Assembly: GCA_030141605.1 (NCBI GenBank)
Contig: JAQGDQ010000106.1
Span: forward strand, 1 to 64,000
DNA: 64,000 nt
Direction: 5' to 3'
Source: Tubiluchus corallicola
Taxonomy: Eukaryota > Animalia > Priapulida
The notes beneath the pieces are model-generated. The model was not told the DNA's origin and ran no database searches. It saw only the letters and a program-made list of their open reading frames with translations. This document shows positions 1 to 12,972 of this stretch, piece by piece (within the stretch, counting starts at the first letter, position 1; every line of letters begins with the position of its first letter). Made by a program: the position numbers and the translations under genes.

Positions 1-265
1 CGTTGCGTAAACCTGAAATTAATAAAAAAGTCTCGAGGCTTGTGCGCTGCACGGATCATTTGCGAGACTTTGCAATCACTTTCTTCTAGTCAGACAAAAA
101 AGTTAGAGAAAGATTCTAGTCCAAACTTTAAGTTCGACAAATATTGGTTCTAAATTGACTATTGGTTAAAAAATTAATACTTTAAACTTTACCAAAGATA
201 ACCGCCTAAAAAGTTTAAAAACGAGCTTGACCAACGCATGTTTGAGACTTGCCACTAAAACATGA

Positions 266-1352
266 ATGTTCACGGATTCCATAAACAGGTGTGCAAATAT
301 TTGGATTAAGGATGCTTCGCCTCAAAACTTTTGTTCACGTAGGTCATTTAGACAGAAAGTACTTCGGACACGGGTTATTTGGACACACATGTAATAACAT
401 AAGTAATTTGGACATAAAGTATTTTGGACACGGGTTATTTGGACACACGTAATTTGACCACAGATTCCTTTGGTCACAAGCTGATTTGAAGTGTATTTGG
501 ACATATTTGGACTCATTTTGCACAAGAACTTGATACTTTTAACAGTACGCATTTAGACACCTATAGCTTATTCATTCGCTGTTCAACGTTTGGAAGTTCT
601 CATTGAAGCAACTCCTCATTGTCCTCATGACAGAAACAAAATTTGCCAACTTGGTCGACCATATTTATTAATTTGACCAAGAGAGCACCGACGCTTTCTT
701 CACTGAAGTTATTTACTCTACAAGAATTCAAAACGGCATAACCTGTAAAAACGTACAAGAGCTACGGGAAGTGCTGCATAGCTTTGATCCTTTCACACAC
801 AGAGATATTTAGGAGTAAAAGCATTCGTTCCAGGGATATCGAAATGAGCATTTTAGTCTATTATAATCGACTAGTGATTACGGGTTGATAAACTGTTTTT
901 CAAAAGAGTAGCCAAGCACATTGTTTCAGGAAAGCTGTACTTGTATACAGCAAGCAAACTGATAATATATCATTTATATCATTCGTTTTAACCCCTTTTT
1001 TGAGACATTAGAAACCTGAATTTTGCAAAAGTCATTTGGACAGTTTGAAGTCAGCGGTCCTCATGACACCGACTATCCAAATAGGTTATGTGTCCAAAAT
1101 CCAAATAACATGTGTTCGAATTACCTTGTACCCAAAGTATAAACCTAGTCTCCAAATGTCCTATGTATGTGCCTTGTGTCAAACAAACCCTTGTGTTGAA
1201 ACTGCCTGTGTAAATGGTCCCCGTGTCCAAGATACCTAGTGTCCAAATCACCTGTGTCCGAAATGTTCTGTATCCAAATAACTTATGTGCCCAAAATGTT
1301 TGTGTCGAAGTAGCTTGTGTATAAAACCCCTGTACCAAAATCCATGTAAACC
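266..1352. mobile_element. Foldback-type non-autonomous DNA element, copy 1
   Basis: Left arm of ~20-bp units with a TTTGGACAC core (340-560) and right arm of inverted GTGTCCAAA units (1080-1350). The internal sequence is shared with 7200-8220. Ends are approximate. Confidence 0.7.
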
Positions 1353-3328
1353 AAGCCAAATTTACTTTAAATGTGACGAAGTTTGTCAAGTTTACTTGTT
1401 CAAGGCTGGCGGCGCGACGGGGACGACGACACCTTTAAAAAACTATTCGAAATAAGTGAATATTATGGGGCCGCTATCCATGGGCATAAATGCTGAATGG
1501 AAAAACGCTTAGTGACTATGACTGAAAAGTTTCACGCTGTACAATTAAAAATTCTACAAAACCAAAAACGATGCATAATTGATGAAAAGAAAACGATATA
1601 TGGATAAAAACAAAAATAAAGAACTGTAAAAACACGATAGTTATGTTGAATGAGTAAAATGAAAAACGCTACTTATAACAGGTGATTGAAAGATAAGCCC
1701 TGTTCCCGATGTTTTAGGATGAGATTTCGCAGATGATTTGTCGCGAAGTTTTACGCGATTTTTTCTTGCTGTTTTTTCCCTGTTCAGAGACCTTTCGTTA
1801 ATTGAAAAAGACTAGCTAACTCATGCAAAGTCATTTACCCCGTATTTGCAACTTTTTAATGATAACAATCGGTCGCTCTCTATCATGATATGTGGTTCCT
1901 CTGTATTCTGCTAACACTTATTTATCACGTGGCACACAGGAACGAAACATTTGATTTGTTTTTTTGGCTATGATTTAAGGTAATCTACATGGTGTTGTAA
2001 CATTCTGAAGGTGTCTTTTTCCTGAGGTCAGCACTAGTCTACAAAATAATTTCGCATCACCCAAATATTGCCGTACAAACCTTATAAAATGGCCTTGTTC
2101 GACAATCCTGCAAATGAACATGAGTCAATGACGATAATAACAACAACAGTAGCAATAGTACTGCTATGACTATGCAAAAAACGGCACAAACATAAAAACA
2201 GTAAATGATGTAAGAACACTGCATTGTGAAATACTGTACAACTCTTGTGATAAATATGATAAATAAAAATATTGTTTGTAAACGAACAAAGGCAACTCAA
2301 AAAAGCAAAACTGTTCTGTACAGAAAATGCTACATAAGGACAAAGAAGTCCGAAGCAAGAAAACATTAATAGCATAGCATCCTATTGATTTATGAACAAA
2401 AACTCAGTAACTTCATTGAAGACGCTTATTCGCAGCACGAAAATGCAGATTATTCAATGCTTAGAAACCATTTAAAAAATAAAACTTGTAATACTTATGA
2501 GATAATTGTTAAAGGTTTTTTAACAGGTTAGTATAAGATTTGAATGTTGGGTACTTTTATAGTTTCACACTGTATTTGGAATACATATATTAAGGATTAT
2601 GAAAGTATAATAAATACATGTAATCACATAATATTTATGTACGATTGTATTTATCTTGTTGTTGCTGCTGCTGCTTCTGCTGTATAGGTTAAATATAAAA
2701 GATTTTGCAAGGCCATCATCTGCAAGATGCTAATTGCAATTATACTAAGCAGCTTGCCTTATTTACAAACGATACCAAAATCAATTTTCCAGTGTATGTA
2801 AATTTACATTGAGCGGTGTTAAAAATAAAGATATCATACATACTATAAAGACATATTATCAATACATATTTTCTGATATTTGGATCTTTGCATTTCAATT
2901 TTTCTTATGTATGTTTTTGTAAATAGAATATTTAATTTAAACGCATTTTTCTAGTTCACCTACTTACAGATGCGTATTATGTGCTTCACTTTCAGTTACC
3001 AAATTTGCAATAGTGGCAATAAAATTTTTTGTAATATTTTTTGTATGTAGGATATAATATCAATAGTATGATTGCAGCTCAAAATAATGCAAAAAATCAA
3101 TGTCTGTCCAGGGCAAAACCCATTAAAATTCTATATCACTTCACACTACTATCTTAGCCTGATCGTTAATATTTTGCAATGACTGTATCTGAGGATTAGC
3201 AACGTTAACGTACATACGCATACACTCAACACAGCACACTGTGACAGTGCTATTTATACACTCAGACACGTCCAAACTTACCCAGGCCGCGCACAGAAAG
3301 ATTCATTGACAAATCTGGACGAAACCAC

Positions 3329-3346
3329 CACCGCCAGGGGGTGCTG
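3329..3346 (+). promoter_or_regulatory. CTCF-like motif within a GC/CpG-rich island (~3270-3660)
   Basis: CACCGCCAGGGGGTGCTG versus the consensus CC(A/G)CCAGGGGGCGCT. Confidence 0.45.
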
Positions 3347-4129
3347 GTGAAGCGCACGCGCGCAATACTATTGATTAATGATTAAGAGTTCTCTGCCGCC
3401 CACGCGCTGCTGGTTAACCTAGCCGAGTACAGTGTGGCTGCTGCTGTATAGTATAGGAATACATGAATGGATAGGGAATGTATGAATGGAGGTAAATGTA
3501 TGAATGAATCACGAAGCGAACGTGGAAAATCGGTCGAAGACCACGACGAAAATGTGAGCGACAAAAAGGAGGGAAAATGTTAGGAGTTTTTTACAGATTG
3601 CAGTGATGAGGTGCTAGGTACGCGCAGTACGCGTTTGCGCGAGAATGGGAGTTTTGTGGCAAAAATTTTCACGAAACGGAATATAACAAGGAATGAACAA
3701 TCACAGAGAAACAGAGGACTGAATGTACCTTGTAATACGCAGTAAGCTGCGTATTCTTAATTCCCAAAAAGTTTAATAATTACACGTGATTAAATTAAGT
3801 AATTTTAATAATTTTTGAAACCAAACTTAGCAAAAAAGCTAAATTAAGGTAAATGAACAAGTTTTGACCATTCCGAGCATGGATTTCATATTTGGATTTC
3901 AAACCAAAAACTTGACTACTGGGCCACAAATCTCCCTTGTGATTAAAATAGTGGTAACTGCGATTAATTATTAGCACTAGTCTTGATCATAAAAGTGGTC
4001 AACTTCGCAATCCAAAACCCGTGTTTAAAAATTTTGCTCAGTTTCGATTGTTTTGTCTTTCCGATAATTTTAGTTTTAAAAAATCAAAGCAGTGTTAAGT
4101 AACTGTAATTCCATTCCTTAGTAACCATT

Positions 4130-5250
4130 TCATTAGAAGATGACGAGTCTGTGTTCTAGACATCAATAACCAATAATAGAAAACCAATTATATGAAACTG
4201 ACAACTTCTGTTGTACCGTTCGGCAAATTGGAAGCCAGAAGCATGCATCGTAATGGGCTAATTATCACAGGTGACAGAATATGAATCTAGCTCACTTAGC
4301 TAAGGTGAGATACTGAACTGGCAGAGATGTCTCAGTGACGCTTAAAATGTACAGGGTGGTGTAAGGTCTTTTTCTAGGGGAGTACAAATACGACGACTAA
4401 TAGTACAAGACAATTTAGCCCTTCAAAGTATTGCTCAAACAATAGCGAATATATTATGCCTTCAAATTTAGTCTGGAAGTCTCATACGTTGGAGGAGTGA
4501 CTCGAAAAAATCAAGACTCTCTAACACGTCTTGCAGGTTTCACAAGCTTATCTGTTGAACACTGATCGATGGCATATTTTTATCATTATAGTGTCCACTT
4601 CGTCTTTCAGGATAGCTGTAATGTGCTTGACGGGGTTGAGGTTCCTCGAATTACTGAACTTTCAGGCCATTCAGTTCAACGAAAAAATACCCAGCGTTTT
4701 CTGATCATACCCATCAAGACTGCAGGCTGTGCGAGAAACATGGGGCTTTCACAAGAAACTTTGAGGGTACAACACATTCGCCATTGTTTCTGTAATACTT
4801 TGATGTCACAGATTATTCTGTACTGTAACTTGTACCGCATATAGCTAAAGGTTAAATTTGTACCACCCTCAATATGTATGCAAGCATAATACATTCAGAG
4901 CAGTAGGCGTGTAGGAAGACTCAACTAAGCACCTATAATGATATTACCACCACAAAGTTTAGTGCATGCTTTAAGCAAAAATTAAGCGCATACACCAGTA
5001 TGGCTTTTATTTGAAGACGAGTTACACAAATTATTTATTTATTTTGACTTCTTTATTTGAAGAGCTTGGTTTAGTAACAGTACACCAGCTATAGGTAAAA
5101 GCCAATGTGGTTATGAACCAAAATCAACCCTGAATTGACATAATGATAATGGACTGACCGATCCTAACTATACTTTAACTGGCTTCACAGAATATTAATT
5201 GTATAGCGGTATAGGCCGACACAAAATTTCATACATTTGAAAGCAAACTC
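4130..5250 (+). pseudogene. Decayed hAT-family transposase remnant
   Basis: Frameshifted fragments appear in hAT order: NLALQSIAQTI (LS..LQ motif), VEVPRI..SVQRKN (PR...RQ..R.N), NTLMSQI (D.LISEL), and a NGLTD-like C-terminal piece. Recognised by eye only. Confidence 0.45.
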
Positions 5251-5849
5251 CACGAACAGATTGTTTTTTCAGAAAAATAAAAATGTTAACGCAAAAATTT
5301 TGATTCTACAAAAATACATTCAGATAAACAACAGAAAAGGGCTAGTTCCAATTTAGTTTCATTATCAACTTTAACATATTTATAACACGTATACATGTTT
5401 AAACAGCTTTTCGACTGGGTCCAGACTTTATATTAACATCATAATAATTACAGTCCAAGGCGAGATAATTCAGTCAACTCGAAAGGACCATCAAATTACT
5501 GTATATGATCAAGGAACAAAAAACTTAAATAGAAAAGTGGTTTCCTAGCAGAGTTAAAATGGTTCAGAGAAAGTGGGTCGCTTATAAGCTATTGATTATC
5601 TTGCAAAACAATTTGATGACACTTCGAGATAAATTAAGTGACATGTAACTAGCGTATGTATATGTTACAGGCAACGTGTAAAATTGAGTATTTTATAGAA
5701 TGTCTGGGCATTTTATAGAGTGCCAAACCAACCAGGTAAAGTGTCTAAAATAATTCCTTATACATTTTTCCTAGGCATTTTATATAATGGCAATTTTATT
5801 TTAGGGAATGTGTGAATTTGAATTCGATCGGTTGCTGGTTGAATAAATC

Positions 5850-5951
5850 AATAGATAGATAAATAAACAGGTAGACAGACAGGCAGGCAGACAGATAGAT
5901 AGATAGACAAGCGGATCGATAGATAAAATCTAAAGGTAGATGGATGGGCAG

Positions 5952-6016
<65 letters not shown>
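5850..6016. repeat. (GATA/GACA)n degenerate tract followed by (GA)n microsatellite (5955-6016)
   Basis: Read directly from the sequence. Confidence 0.95.
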
Positions 6017-7059
6017 CAGATATGCAAGCCTTGCGGCCTGCTGTGCCGGCTATAATTTCTAAATTGCCTTCATTAAAAGGTATAATTTGAATCTATTGCG
6101 AAAAATTCTTTCTCTGCACATCAAATTTCTATTAGTAACCTTTTCTTCTTCTACGACAACACCAGTCATTACCATTTGAACTATGTAAAGCTTTGCGTAA
6201 AATTCCGAATAAATTTAAGAAAATGTTTACGAAATTGTTGCTAAGCGCACAAAAGTTTACGGAAAAGTTGTAGCTAAGAACTTTAGTGAATCCGGTCTCA
6301 ATATTCCTAGAAATGGAAGGTGATCCACCTGATTAAGCAGCATATCAGAGATGTTGACGTTGCACCCATAGTCAGCTTTGTTTAATACATTAGCTAACGG
6401 TGCTTTCAGACTAGCGAGTTTTCTCATCAAGTCACTCATGTTCAGACTACAGAGCAAAACTTGCAGCGAATTGCTCCCTGACAGTAAGCCTGAGCTGACA
6501 CTCTGTTCTCTATTCACTGCGAGAAATATCGAGAGTAACTCGCCGAATCGTTCACACTAAGACAGTAAATTAACTCGCAGCAACTGTCGGACAGTTTGTA
6601 ATAATTTGTCGACGCCTCGACGGTAACTCGCAAGACAGTTCACACTTGCGGAAAAAACTTGATAGCCTGAACCATACAATATCCAATTAATGTATAAAAT
6701 ATCTAGCAAAAGTTTGATCCTACAGAAATTATGTTCATTTTACAATCTGTCAAAGTCACTTTACGCATTTTATATGAATCCTAGCTATTATACAAAACAT
6801 CTAGGTAAAGTGTGAAATAGTTGCCACAAAAAGATTTATTTCACACTTTTCCTGAAATGCATAAGTGTTATATGAAATGCCGAGGAGTTTTACAAAATGT
6901 CTGCATTTTACACATTGCCTGTAACATATATATTACTTAGGTATTTCAAAATAAATAACCACTCAAGCTTTTACAAATTTGTGTAATTTTTTTTGTCATT
7001 TCATTATTTTCAATTCAAAAATGCATCTGTTTTTAGAAATTCTATAAAAAATTACAAAA

Positions 7060-9178
7060 ATGAATGTCATCATTGAACTGTCATATTTTGAACACTAGTG
7101 GATGTGCAAACATTTCGACACCGGCATTTGAACACAGGATGCTTCGCCACAAAACTTATGGACACATACGTCATTTTGTGGACACAATAATTGGACACTT
7201 CCATGTGTAGGCATTTAGACAGACATAGCCTATTTTTCGTTGTCCAACGTTTGGGAATGCCCTCACTGCTCACTGCTTCAATGATATTTTATTTTTAATA
7301 TAATATTTAACCAAATCAATGCAGTTTTGCGCCGAATTCGCATTTTCGCTGCATACGTTTCAACACAGAAACAAAGTTTGTCTGGCAACATTGATGACCA
7401 TTATTCAAATAATTTGAACATTGAAGCACTGAAGTTAGTTCACTGAAGCTATTTACTCTATAAGAAATTCAAAACGTAATCTGTAAAAGAATACGACAGG
7501 TACTGCATGACTATGATCCTTTCACACACACACTGGTGTGAGGGTATTCATTCGAGAAATGAGCGGTTTATTGTATTATGATCGATTAGTGATCGGGGAT
7601 TAATCAGTTCATGAAAAGGGTAGCAATGCATATTGTTTTCAGGAAAACTATTTTAGTAGATAAATGCATGCGGCGACGGAGAGAACACCGAAATTTACTC
7701 ATTGTTTTGGCGATTGCGGTTAGCCAGGCAAAATTCTAATCACATTGTAAATTGTACGTACCAAGCAGTTTTTTATTGCCCATTTTAATAATTATTTGTA
7801 AAGAGAAATCTTCCAGAAACGACTTCTCTACCAATGCTCGTCATTCTATCTTAATTAACACCCAAACATCTTAATTAGTAAATTGTAAGGCACATTTAGA
7901 GTGCTTTTTCTCAGTTTAATTAGCGGGAAAAGGTGCAGCAAGAAATCGCGCCGTATCTGTCACAATCGCCGTACCGTACCAATGGCATCTGTCGCAGATG
8001 CCGCAATCGCTGCAGCGTCACCGCATGCGGATATCCGCATTCTATGAAAACGCCCTGACATGCTAATTACGTGATTGCAGACTCAGTCACTTTTGGGTAG
8101 TTAGGTTCGAGGTAGCTAGAAAAATAATCTTATTAAAAACAGATCATATATCTTTCGCTTGATCAACATTTTTCAAGACATCAGAAATACGCTGAATTTG
8201 GAAAAAAGCGGTATAAATTCACCCGTCCCCAAGAACAATGTATAGTGAAATGTTATGGTATATATATCGTGCATGTCCAACTTAAATCCAAATAATATCT
8301 TGTCTAAACAGTTTGTGTCCAAATTATCTAGGTGACTAAATACGTTTAGTTTATTTACAATTTAAATATTTTTAAAAAGTAATTTCAAGATTACTAATCA
8401 ATAATGTAATTAAATGTTACAACTAAACAAATAAAGAACACCTGAAACGGCTGGATTGAGCTTCAGTTGGAACCTGGGGTCCTTGCTCATAGGTGACATA
8501 TAATGAGCAACCAACTATGTGCCGAAATTACGTGTATTTCGACTATCCAGATAACTTATATATATAACATTCGAATTGCCTATGTGCTACAATAACCAGT
8601 ATGTAAAGGACGTAGGTGCCTAAAATTACGGTAAATGACTTTGATTTAGTGTACGTAAATCAGTAAATAAGTAAACGTGTTCAAATATCACATGTCTAAA
8701 AGACCTAGCATCTAAGTAGCCTATGTTCCCAAATAACATGTGCCCAAACTACCTTGTGTTCAAATGACCATCGTATCCGAAATACCGAGTGTCCAAATTA
8801 CCATGTATCCAAACGTCCTGTGTCCAAATTACTTAGTGTCCAAATGGCTGACGTATCCAAATAATCCATGCGTCCAAGTAAGCTATTCGAGTATGTGTAC
8901 CCATGTGTCCAAGCAACCTATGTGTACAAATTACCTTGTGTCCACCTTGTGTCCAAACGTCCTATGTGTCTAAAATACTTAGTGTCCTTGGGCCAAGTAA
9001 GCTATGTGAGTATGTGCGCCCAAACAGCCTATGTATCCAAAGTACCTGTATCCAAAAACATATGTGTCCAAATATTCTGTGTTCAAAATTGTCTGTGTCC
9101 AAGTAACCTATGTGTCCGAAATGTTTGTGTCGAAATAGCGTGTGTCTAAAATCCATGTGACCGAAACCCCTGTAGCCC
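7060..9178. mobile_element. Foldback-type non-autonomous DNA element, copy 2 (expanded right arm, internal insertion)
   Basis: Same motifs in the same order as copy 1 (GGATGCTTCGCC, GCATTTAGACA, CACTGAAG.TATTTACTCTA, GATCCTTTCACACAC); long TGTCCAAA array at ~8270-9170. Confidence 0.7.
7666..8057. mobile_element. MITE-like insertion nested in foldback copy 2
   Basis: Absent from copy 1. Inverted pairs GCATGCGGCGACG (7666) / CGTCACCGCATGC (8016) and GCGATTGCGG / CCGCAATCGC. Confidence 0.5.
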
Positions 9179-10899
9179 ATGTTCAAACGCCAGTGACATC
9201 GTTGCCATGCCGACGAACTCCCTTTTTAGGCCTGCATTTTCTCGATTAGCCATCTGCTTGTTACAAAAATACCTTGTTAAAATTTACAAGAACATACATT
9301 TTTACTGCTCTGTATTGTTACGAGAATATATATTTTTGGGAACATTCCTAGATAAACGTATTTTTATATACTATGTGTTTTCACATATTAACATAAGAAG
9401 CGGCAACAACAGCAACACTACACGATAATAATCAAATCAAGTTGTTAATCTTTAGTTAGTTACTCTACTTGGAGCCATAAAATAATTTTGCGGAATTGAA
9501 ATATAGGCCTACATATTACAGTAAGTATTAAAAGTGCAGACCACAACTCTCAGCATTTTTTCAATTTTAATTAACAAATTTTCATAGTTAGGAATACAAA
9601 ATTAATAACTGGTATACACTGACTTATGAATTAAAATCTTATATCCGTTCAAGCACAAATTTTTAATATTCTTTATAATTATTCATAATGCCTGACGCTT
9701 TGTATGAAGTCAATAACTGTAAAAACACAGGTATTTGGAAGTACTATGTAATCAGAATGATTCAGGTCATACACAACTAAAACAAAAGAAAATTTAATTT
9801 CAATACTATCCCTGCAAGCCACTAGTATCGAACGTTGTACCGTAGTAGCATAAAAAGTGTTAAATTCTAACCATGCATGTTCGACTTCATAATAACCAAA
9901 TTATTTTAAAACTGTTAGGGAGTAAACTACAGTACTTAACTATCGTCCCAGTACAGTGTAAATTTTACACCATAACATGCTTTTTGGAAACGATAAGCAT
10001 TGAAATAAGGTAAAAGCGTACTACAGTTTCGTTGCACCTAAAATACCGATGTGCAACAAACATTCAAATTTTAAATTTAACAAGAGTAATGAACATTTTT
10101 AAGGTAATTAGTGATGACTGATCTTAATGATTGTGTCACAGCCAACTCCTAAAACATAAGAAGAAGAATTAGAATGAGAAGAATTTATTGCTAAATTTAC
10201 CATCTAGCATCTAGCATGCAGCCAGCATTGTCAAGGCAGGTGTACGTAAAATACGGCACGCCTTTTTCACTATTTCTGCATCAATGTGCAATTTGAATTC
10301 TAAAATATCATTACATCATAAACGCAATTATCATTTAAATTATCAAGTTAAATAAGGTATTGCATTGATAACCATCTTATCTGTGTGATACCGCAACTCT
10401 CGAAGGAGTATGCATTGTCAAGACAGGTACACGACGCACACAGCTAGTGCATTTCTTGTAAAGCACGATTTAATTCATATTTTCTAGTGAACATTGTGTG
10501 TGTATGAAGCTGTGGATCAATACTGCGGATACACACGGACTGTCGCGCGCTACCGACTGATAACCCGGTAAAATGTTAGACGCCAGTTGTATCATCAAGT
10601 TAACTTATAGTTATTAATCACACGTTATGAGTTCTGACACACGCTCACATGTAGTCGTTAGTTTTTTTTACTTAAAGACGTTGCTACAGTTCCACAGTCG
10701 TTACAGTGCCCAAAAACAAAGGCGGCATCGTGCAACTTTTGTTGCTGCTGATAATGAAGATAAATATTTTCAAATTGAGAATGCAATCTGTTCGTCAAGT
10801 TAACTAATAGTTATTAATCACGCGTCACACGCTAATATGATATTCACCATAATATTTCTTTACTTCAACAGTAAAATGTTGTTACTAACAAGTATCTGA

Positions 10900-11300
10900 C
10901 AGATTTTTTTAAACTGCTGGTCATTCTGCAAGCCGGGCTCCTGGGTACAGGTAAATAAAGGAGATCGCTGTTGCGAAACCAGAACCTTGGTCGTTACTGG
11001 GAAGGTTCTCTAAGAAGAAAAACTGTACAGGTAGCAGTATTTTAGTCATGTTCGGATGCCTACACGTGATACATCCTTCCTCAACGATAAAAACCAATGC
11101 AGGTTTTGCTTAGTTTTCATACACTAGGTCTTTTTGTACAAGCACAGGATCAAACATTTGCTTCACTGTTGCTGTATCAAAAGTATTATCAAGCTCAGCG
11201 AGAAAAAACAAGCCTATATCAGCCATGACATGCACAGCACTTCATCGAGATCTTCTCAATGACTCTCATAGTCACTACACTGCGTATATTAAAGGTCCTT
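10900..11300 (-). pseudogene. Highly decayed LINE RT fragment
   Basis: Minus-strand pieces GLFFLAELDNTFDTA (like FLDL.KAFD), HWFLSL and a PVPR/GVPQG-like segment, in RT order. Confidence 0.35.
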
Positions 11301-11711
11301 GTGTATATTGAAACAATTATCCAATATAAGGCAATTAGGGGCATTTAACTTGATAATTCGGTACAAAAAACATTTTAAAAACTAGTCGTGCTTATCAACA
11401 AAATTTAAGTACAAACATAATTGCCAATATAAATAACAATCTGTAATTAATATTTCCGTCTTTGATAAATTCATGCAATGAGCTACTTTTCTAATAAAAA
11501 AATCCACATTTTTCATTAAAAGCCCTCATTTAGTTCATAATTACTTGACCCATTCTGAAACGATTTTTCTTTAAATTACATAATTTGCTTCAACTATGTA
11601 ACGGCTACTATAAGTCTGTCAGTTTTATTAGGTTATTCATTCGTTTCCATTACTATAATTATGTAGATAATATTACTGTATATATATTATTATAGTAGTA
11701 GTATTTACATA

Positions 11712-11712
<1 letters not shown>

Positions 11713-11752
<40 letters not shown>
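11713..11752. repeat. (TA)20 microsatellite
   Basis: Read directly from the sequence. Confidence 0.97.
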
Positions 11753-11756
<4 letters not shown>

Positions 11757-12489
11757 TGATTTCAGTACGTAATAATTAATTTACCTTAACTAATTAAACT
11801 AAGCTGTAGTACACGGTTTATACGTATACAATTTACAATTTCTCTGTCATGATATGTGCTTAGCGACTGAAATTAAGCAACGGTGCGGCAGCAAATGGAT
11901 AGATGACAATCAGCAAACCTGTCTTTGGGCGATTTCATCTACCATACCCAACTTGCAGCGGGAAAACGTATATATATTAGACTCGGATGTGGCAGCTATG
12001 TTAGTTCAGGGCATTTTAATTTCGGGAAGCTGTTAATGATTTATAATGAGGCGCTGCATGGCCACATTTGTCAGAGTGGCTGTATTTTACATTTTACTAT
12101 TGAATCTCTCGGTTAGCCTGATTTCTGCTATAAATTAGACACATTTATTTATTTTTATGAAGTTTAACACGTCAAACTAGCATTCAAAGGAAGGGTATAC
12201 TCAATGCAATGGGCTTAGGCAGGACCGGGATCTGTCTCATTATCAAGGTAATCCACTAAAGTAAGACACTAAATCAGCATAAGGGTCTTAGCTATGTTCC
12301 CTAGACCCTGAGCTACAGCAGATTTGCTTTGACAAATACCCACGAGCAGTACGGAGGGAACCGCTTATAAGCAGATTTCTGGCACTCACATATCCATTGT
12401 GTAACCAGGCTCGTCCTTAACTTCAGTCGCTAAGCTGTTATATTTGTATTTAGGTTGCTATTTTTAATAACTCAGTTATAATCAGAGTA

Positions 12490-12972
12490 CCGTATTTTCC
12501 CGTGTATAAGAGACCCTTTTTTGCTCAGAATTTTCACTTTAAAAATAAGGGGTCTCTTATACATGTGAGTAAGTCTTTTCAATAAGATGCATAAATTGTG
12601 ACACTAATGATTTTAAAGAAATAAGTGCTCTACAACTGTTTTATTTCGAATAATTATAGTTTCCTTTCAATAAATCTTCTCCATGGCTAAATTCTAATGA
12701 TAAAATTAATGTACCGGGTAAGTTATTATTTTTTTAAATGTCAAAAGAGGACAATGCCATTTTTGAGCAGAGTGACTCCTCTGATGATGAACTGGCTGGA
12801 ATTGCTGAAGGTCTGACTCCAGTTGATATTTTTGATGAGAGTGATGAGGAATTTAATGATTTCTATGATGAATAAAGTTATTCATTACCAAAAAACTTTT
12901 TTCCAGAATTTTTGCCTAAAAATTGAAGGGGTCTCTTATACACAAGGGTCTCTTATACATGGGAAAATACGG
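12490..12972 (+). mobile_element. pogo/Tc1-mariner deletion derivative (MITE)
   Basis: TIR CCGTATTTTCCCGTGTATAAGAGACCC / GGGTCTCTTATACATGGGAAAATACGG with TA on both sides and repeated subterminal GGGTCTCTTATACA. Carries an acidic transposase-like C-terminus (SKEDNAIFEQSDSSDDE...DESDEEFNDFYDE*) at ~12738-12875. Confidence 0.88.

Noticed and set aside
8270-9178. CRISPR-like array, or Cys-rich ORFs in the TGTCCAAA repeats
   Set aside because: The units are adjacent degenerate ~20-bp repeats with no unique spacers and no cas genes, in a eukaryotic context; the ORFs arise from the repeat.
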